A DNA stretch of 64,000 nucleotides from an uncultured Solirubrobacterales bacterium (GTDB lineage Bacteria; Actinomycetota; Thermoleophilia; Solirubrobacterales; 70-9), in contig CAWIOM010000010.1 of NCBI GenBank assembly GCA_963837735.1, positions 210,917-274,916 on the forward strand, written 5' to 3'. Position numbers and translations under genes: made by a program. A model generated the notes under the pieces. It ran no database searches, was not told where the DNA came from, and saw nothing but the letters and a program-made list of their open reading frames with translations. Positions 59,505 through 64,000 of this stretch are shown here, piece by piece. Position 1 is the first letter of the stretch; each line of letters begins with the position of its first letter.

Positions 59505-59954
59505 ATGCCGACCCAGGCTGTCTTCTACCGAGCCCCTGACGGCAGCGAGCCCGTTGCCGAGTTCCTCGATCGCGAGTTTCCGGTCGAGCCGAGCAAGAAG
59601 AAGCCGAGCACGCGGGAGCTGCAGGCGGCCGCGACCAAGCGAGTGACGATCGACCTGCAGATCGACCGCCTGAATGGACTGGCAAGCGACGATCCGCCGC
59701 TGCCTTTCCCGCACACCTCTCAGATTGATGGTCCGCTGCGCGAGCTTCGGTGCCACTACGGTCGCGCGCACTATCGAGTCCTCTACCGGAGGTCGGGAAA
59801 TCTCTTCGTTCTGCTGCACATGATCCGCAAGACGAGCAAGGCCGTCCCTCGCGCGGAGATCGAGATCGCCAAGGAGCGCTGGCAGGATTTCAAGGATCGG
59901 ATGGGGGCCCGCCCCCGCAAGCCGCCTCGTGCGGCGGGTGGGGATGCGCCTTGA
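59505..59954 (+). CDS. RelE/HigB-like toxin (phage Gp49/DUF891-type)
   Basis: VFYRAPDGSEPVAEFLD...LRELRCHYGRAHYRVLYRRSGNLFVLLHMIRKTSKAVPRAEIEIA. It is followed by an XRE antitoxin. Confidence 0.7.
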   Translation: MPTQAVFYRAPDGSEPVAEFLDREFPVEPSKKKPSTRELQAAATKRVTIDLQIDRLNGLASDDPPLPFPHTSQIDGPLRELRCHYGRAHYRVLYRRSGNLFVLLHMIRKTSKAVPRAEIEIAKERWQDFKDRMGARPRKPPRAAGGDAP

Positions 59955-60016
59955 TCCGTCCGACTGACTTAGCAGTTTTGCTACATTGACTATCAAATGA
60001 GAGTCAAAGGAATCGG

Positions 60017-60385
60017 ATGGAAATGGCTCGTAAGAACGACTCGCCAATCGGAAGCGCCCACGCGGAGGGCATGGAGAAGAGGGCTGGCAAGAGCGTCGCG
60101 TACAAGGCTGCCCTCGAAGAGCAGAAGCCCTATGAGGACTTTGCCCGGCTGGTTATCCACAAGCGGATGCAGCTCGGCCTCACCCAGCAGGAGCTGGCTC
60201 AGAGGATGGGGACGAGCCATTCCGTTGTCTCACGCCTGGAGAGCGGGCAGCACCGATTCAGCTTCGCGACGATGCGCAAACTCGCCAAGGCGCTCGACAC
60301 CCATCTCGTCTACGGCTTTCAGGACGAGGCGCCCAGCTCGAAGTCTCGGCGGACGCCGAAGCGCGAGCTGGTCGTCTCCGCCTGA
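60017..60385 (+). CDS. XRE-family HTH antitoxin (HigA-like)
   Basis: LGLTQQELAQRMGTSHSVVSRLESG is a Cro/C1-type HTH. Confidence 0.75.
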   Translation: MEMARKNDSPIGSAHAEGMEKRAGKSVAYKAALEEQKPYEDFARLVIHKRMQLGLTQQELAQRMGTSHSVVSRLESGQHRFSFATMRKLAKALDTHLVYGFQDEAPSSKSRRTPKRELVVSA

Positions 60386-60415
60386 CGGTCCCGCCCTGCG
60401 GGCAGGACGCGCGAG

Positions 60416-60775
60416 GTGTCTTGTCCGAGACGTTCGGTGGGGCCGAGATACGATGCCGCCCCATGCGGGCAATTCCTGGCGGCAGCGGCAATGGCGGCGA
60501 CTCTGGCTCTAGCCAGCTGCGGCAGCGACGACGACAAGGACCTAAGCCCTGGGCGCGTCGCATTTGAAGGGGCCGAAGTGATCCAAGCAGGGCCGAATGC
60601 CTTCCTGCTGAGGCTTGACACCGGCGAGTTGAGCGCCAAACAGCGGAAGGACATCGGCCTCGTCAGTGGCGGGAAGTGGGTCGAGAGCGGACTGGTCGTC
60701 ACGCCGAACAAGCTCGACGGAATGTGCGATGTGCGGATGCTGTCGCGGGAGTCCTGCAAGGCAGTCGGCCGTTGA
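60416..60775 (+). CDS. putative lipoprotein (start uncertain)
   Basis: The lipobox is MAATLALASCGSDDD. Alternative starts are GTG at 60437 or ATG at 60491. Confidence 0.5.
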   Translation: MSCPRRSVGPRYDAAPCGQFLAAAAMAATLALASCGSDDDKDLSPGRVAFEGAEVIQAGPNAFLLRLDTGELSAKQRKDIGLVSGGKWVESGLVVTPNKLDGMCDVRMLSRESCKAVGR

Positions 60776-61099
60776 AATCTGAGCGCGGTGTCTTCCGCTC
60801 ATTCCCCACCGTGCTTCTTCTCAGCTTCGCGGTGTTGTTCGCGGGGTGTGGAAGCAGCGATGAAGAACCCATTTCAGTCGGGATCGACACGAACGGGGAA
60901 GCGATCACGATGCCCAGAGGACGAGGCCCTCGAATACGCCTTCGATCACGGAGGGGTTTCGAAGCAAACGATCGAGCAGATCTGCCGGGAAGTTGACCGG
61001 TACGGCCTGGAAAAGACCCGCGAACGCTACGCGGGAGGAGAGGGAGACAACGAGTTCTCGCCAAGGGAACTCGTGAACGAGGCTGCGAGCCGCTGCTAG
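60772..61099 (+). pseudogene. putative lipoprotein (one frameshift near 60912)
   Basis: TTG start overlaps the upstream stop. MKSERGVFRSFPTVLLLSFAVLFAGCGSSDEE...ITMP changes frame to EDEALEYAFDHGGVSKQTIEQICREVDRYG... Confidence 0.45.
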
Positions 61100-61200
61100 C
61101 GGGCTGTCCCACCGGCTATCGCATCATCCCTGTCCCACTGGCGCACGAACTGGCGCACCGCGGAATCGGGCGAGGCCGCTCCAGAAGCAGCCTCGAACGC

Positions 61201-61226
61201 AAAAGCCCCGCCGTAGCGGGGCTTTC
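61201..61226 (-). terminator. intrinsic terminator hairpin after tRNA-Leu (A/T tracts on both sides, possibly bidirectional)
   Basis: AAAA GCCCCGC CGTA GCGGGGC TTT. Confidence 0.6.
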
Positions 61227-61231
61227 GTCCA

Positions 61232-61317
<86 letters not shown>

Positions 61318-61396
61318 TCGCGGGCGGGGGATTCTAGATGTTCCGCGCCCGGAGGCCCGGCCGCGGTTGCGGGCGTCCTGGGGAGCAGGTAGCCTC

Positions 61397-61410
61397 CGAA
61401 CAGGTGTTCG
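61397..61410. promoter_or_regulatory. LexA (SOS/Cheo-type) box
   Basis: CGAACAGGTGTTCG matches CGAAC-N4-GTTCG and lies 23 nt upstream of the lexA start. Confidence 0.75.
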
Positions 61411-61432
61411 AACGCAAATTGGAGGAATCGAC

Positions 61433-62044
61433 TTGGATCTGGACCTGACCAAACGGCAGAAGGAGATCTTCGACTTCATCGGCAAGTACGCCGCCAAGAC
61501 CGGCTACCCGCCCACCGTGCGGGAGATCGGCAAAGCGGTGGGCCTGCATTCCTCTTCGACGGTTCACGCTCATCTCGCCAACCTCGAGAAGATCGGCCTG
61601 CTGCGTCGCGACCCCTCCAAACCACGGGCGATCGAGCTGCTCTTCGACCGCGCCAAGAAGACGATTCTTCCGGGCAAGGGCCTGCCCCTGGTCGGCCACG
61701 TCGCCGCCGGAGAGCCGATCCTCGCCGAGGAGAACGTCGAGGAGTACATCGAGATCCCCGACGTGATCGGCGGCGAGGACGGCGACTACATCCTCCGGGT
61801 CCGCGGCGAGAGCATGAAGAACGCCGGGATCTTCGAGGGCGACTACGTCGTCGTCCGCCCGGCCGACGATGCGGCCGATGGGGAGATCGTCGTCGCCCTG
61901 ATCGGCGAGGAGGCCACGGTCAAGCGCTTCTTCCGCGAGGCCGACCACGTCCGCCTGCAGCCCGAGAACGACGCCATGGAGCCGATCCGCACCACCGAGG
62001 CCCGCGTCCTCGGCCGCGTCGTCGGCGTCTTCCGCAAGGTCTGA
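61433..62044 (+). CDS. lexA: LexA repressor (TTG start)
   Basis: LTKRQKEIFDFI...YPPTVREIG, cleavage site VAAGEP and catalytic GESM...VKR. Confidence 0.92.
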   Translation: MDLDLTKRQKEIFDFIGKYAAKTGYPPTVREIGKAVGLHSSSTVHAHLANLEKIGLLRRDPSKPRAIELLFDRAKKTILPGKGLPLVGHVAAGEPILAEENVEEYIEIPDVIGGEDGDYILRVRGESMKNAGIFEGDYVVVRPADDAADGEIVVALIGEEATVKRFFREADHVRLQPENDAMEPIRTTEARVLGRVVGVFRKV

Positions 62045-62139
62045 CGCGGCCGCCGGCGCCCGGTGCCGGCGTGCTGCAAGGCGGCGGCCGTCGGCTGCCC
62101 GGGGTTGCGGTCGCAGGGACAGGAGCTACCATCGGCGAT

Positions 62140-62465
62140 GCGGGCCGAGCGACCGCGGGGGGAGAGAAAACCCCTCGAGGAAAGTCCGGACACCGAAGGG
62201 CGAGGCGGTGGGTAACGCCCACCCGGGGAAACCCGCGGGAAAGTGCCACAGAAACACACGGCCGATGGCGCGGTTGCACGTGCGTCGCGCACAGGCAAAG
62301 GTGAAATGGTGCGGTAAGAGCGCACCGGCGCCGCGGTGACGCGGCGGCCAGGCAAACCCCGCCCGGTGCAAGGCCAAGCAGGACCGTCGACCCTGCCCGG
62401 CGAGGTCCAGGTAGGCCGCATAGATAGATGGCCGCTCACGACAGGATCCGGCTTACAGGCCCGCT
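62140..62465 (+). ncRNA. rnpB: RNase P RNA, bacterial class A (ends approximate)
   Basis: GAGGAAAGTCCGGAC, ACAGAAACACACGGC, GGTAAGAGCGCACC, GCAAACCCCGCCCGGTGCAAG and ACAGGATCCGGCTTAC. P1 pairs GCGGGCC with GGCCCGC. Confidence 0.9.
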
Positions 62466-62470
62466 AAAGG

Positions 62471-62494
62471 AAAGGCCCCGAGAGGGGCCTTTCC
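62471..62494 (+). terminator. hairpin immediately after rnpB
   Basis: GAAAGGCCCC GAGA GGGGCCTTTC. Confidence 0.5.
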
Positions 62495-62569
62495 CATGTC
62501 CGGGGACCGCTCAAGCGTCGCCACCCGCGACCACTGCACCGTTTTCTGTCTTAGCGTTTGCTAACGTGC

Positions 62570-62705
62570 CGCCCTTCGCTGAATCTTCGCTCCTATGGCG
62601 CGGAGATCGGGGGACCCAATTCGTTGGGGCGAATCGCAGGCATCTGCCGCGTAGCGCAGCTCTTTCAGCGCGAGCCCGTCAGCTAACCCCGTAAGCGTCG
62701 CAAAG
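62570..62705 (+). promoter_or_regulatory. cyclic-di-AMP riboswitch (ydaO/yuaA class)
   Basis: CGCTGAATC, GGAGATCGGGGGACCCA, GGGGCGAATC and GCCCGTCAGCTAACCCCGTAAGCGT match the conserved ydaO blocks, directly upstream of ATG 62711. Confidence 0.85.
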
Positions 62706-62710
62706 AGAAG

Positions 62711-63175
62711 ATGAAGGAACGCACACACAGACGAGCATTCTTCGGCGCGCGCTGGGCGGCAATCCTCGCTGCCTGCGCCCTCGGCTTGGCCGTCTTCTCG
62801 GTGCCCGCCCAGGCTGAAACCGGCGGCGCCTCCAGCGGCGCGTCGTTCGAAGCGAATGCCGGCGGCGGATTCGCCTTCGCGGCCTTCCGTTCGGCCGGGG
62901 CCACCTGGTACGGCCCGGGCTTCTACGGCAAGAAGACGGCCTGCGGCCAGACCCTGCGCCGCGGCACGCTCGGCGTCGCCCACCGAAGGCTTCCCTGCGG
63001 CACGCCGGTCAAGTTCGTCTACCACGGGCGCCTGATCGTCACCCGTGTGATCGACCGCGGCCCCTACGCGAAAGGATTTGCCTGGGATCTGACCAACGGC
63101 GCCCGTGAGGCGCTCGGGTTCGAAGGCTCGGGCCGGATCCGCTTTGCAGTGGCGATGCGGTACGCGCGTCCTTAG
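62711..63175 (+). CDS. RlpA-like double-psi beta-barrel (DPBB) lytic transglycosylase-type secreted protein
   Basis: A signal peptide is followed by ATWYGPGFYGKKTACGQTL...VAHRRLPCGTPVKFVYHGRLIVTRVIDRGPY. Confidence 0.8.
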   Translation: MKERTHRRAFFGARWAAILAACALGLAVFSVPAQAETGGASSGASFEANAGGGFAFAAFRSAGATWYGPGFYGKKTACGQTLRRGTLGVAHRRLPCGTPVKFVYHGRLIVTRVIDRGPYAKGFAWDLTNGAREALGFEGSGRIRFAVAMRYARP

Positions 63176-63254
63176 CTCGTTTCCGGTGTTATAGCCGTCG
63201 CGGTGGCTAACCTGCGATCCGCGCAGTTGGCCAATGGACGAGAGGAGCACGGGC

Positions 63255-63987
63255 ATGTCGCTGTCTTCGCATGGAGTTGATCCGCTTAACCGCGGGATGG
63301 GCCGCCTCAGGGCGGTGGTCGCGATCCTCGGCGCGGCACTCCTGGTGCTGGCGGTCTCGTTGCTCGGCTCGAGTGCCGGCGCTGCGACGACCTCGAAGAC
63401 GACGGTCGTGCTGGGCTCCACCTCGACCGTCCCCGACCCCTCGTGCCCGGCGCTTCCCTGCCAGGCGGTGGGCAGCGTCACCGGCTTCCAGGTCAGCAAC
63501 AACCAGACCCAGCTCCCGTTCCGCGTCGCGCGCAAGGGCAACGGTCAAGTCCTGGACCCTGACCCTGGCCCAGCCGACGAACAGCCAGCGCTCGTTCTTC
63601 AACGGCTTCTTCGGCACGCCGCCGGAGGCGCGCCTCGCGATCCTGCGCCGGGTCGCCGGCACCAACCCGCCCCGGTACAACCTCGCCGGCCAGGGCTCTG
63701 TCCACGTGCTCTCGCCCTACCTGGGGCAGACGGTGAAGTTTGGAGCCAACCTGGCGGTCCGCAAGGGCGACATCATCGGCATCACCGTCCCGACCTGGGC
63801 GCCGGCCTTCTCCCAGGGCCTCAACGCGAAGAACGTCTGGCGCGCCAGCCGCGAGCCGGGCAAGTGCACCAACTCGACCGACGTCCGCCAGGGCGAGCCG
63901 CAGCAGAAGGTCGGGAAGCGGGCGACCTACGCGTGCAAGTACGGGACGGCGCGCCTGCTCTACACGGTCACGGTTGTCGAGGATTGA
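63255..63987 (+). pseudogene. secreted hypothetical protein (one frameshift near 63540)
   Basis: MSLSSHGV...LRAVVAILGAALLVLAVSLLGSSAGAA...PFRVARKGN changes frame to VKSWTLTLAQPTNSQRSFFNGFFG...YTVTVVED. Confidence 0.5.
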
Positions 63988-64000
63988 GGGCGGGGGTTCG

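Larger units (their letters stand above)
59455..61231. mobile_element. decayed lower-GC islet abutting the 3' end of tRNA-Leu
   Basis: Visibly lower G+C than the flanks. It contains a TA pair and lipoproteins. A degenerate copy of the tRNA 3' end lies near 59455-59475 (13 of 19 positions by eye). An integrase remnant lies just outside. Confidence 0.35.

Overview
Very GC-rich chromosomal segment (by eye well above 65% G+C, with G/C at most third codon positions). Gene content and synteny look like an Actinomycetota-type Gram-positive: uvrC-rapZ ... gap-pgk-tpiA, LexA behind a CGAAC-N4-GTTCG box, a c-di-AMP (ydaO-type) riboswitch ahead of a wall hydrolase, and alkB-rubredoxin-TetR. This taxonomic placement is an inference only.

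I can support about 70 protein genes, 2 tRNAs (Gly-CCC, Leu-GAG), RNase P RNA, one riboswitch, an SOS box and a few operator-like or terminator hairpins.

Functional blocks, in order:
- 1-7952: polyphosphate/phosphate island (ppx fragment, CHAD, PHP-GT4 fusion, ppk1, DUF47, PiT).
- 8691-11321: orphan Tad-like minor-pilin operon ending in a TadG-anchor/VanY/SLT fusion.
- 11339-13725: two tandem secreted CarboxypepD_reg-repeat genes with a conserved Cys-bracketed polybasic tail.
- 13.8-19.5 kb: small metabolic and regulatory genes.
- 19.5-30.3 kb: uvrC, rapZ, an ABC-2 exporter, then gap-pgk-tpiA-gpmI-tgt.
- 30.5-33.1 kb: Ser/Thr kinase operon.
- 33.1-35.4 kb: argS plus a degenerate BY-kinase-like gene.
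- 35.4-46.3 kb: System I cytochrome c maturation genes (ccmH, ccmG ... ccmE, ccmF). They flank tRNA-Gly, an ArsR-like regulator and two tandem ~950-aa secreted paralogues of unknown family.
- 46.3-52.4 kb: secG and the alkB cluster.
- 52.4-54.8 kb: GNATs, dtd and a MerR pair.
- 54.8-58.3 kb: a ~1160-aa secreted putative cysteine peptidase.
- 59.1-61.3 kb: a lower-GC decayed islet (integrase and GntR remnants, HigBA-like pair, lipoproteins) next to tRNA-Leu.
- 61.4-64.0 kb: lexA, rnpB, and riboswitch-rlpA-like.

Main caveat: about 20 genes need +/-1 frame corrections. The junctions I could place sit on short G/C runs, while the long housekeeping genes are intact. I list these genes as pseudogene (as sequenced), but many may be assembly indels.

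Most interesting candidates:
- the Cys-x14-Cys polybasic C-terminal tail;
- the four-repeat giant paralogues;
- the TadG-VanY-SLT fusion;
- the Cys-type (CPSKF) CcmE co-occurring with CcmH/CcmG;
- the PHP-GT4 fusion abutting ppk1.
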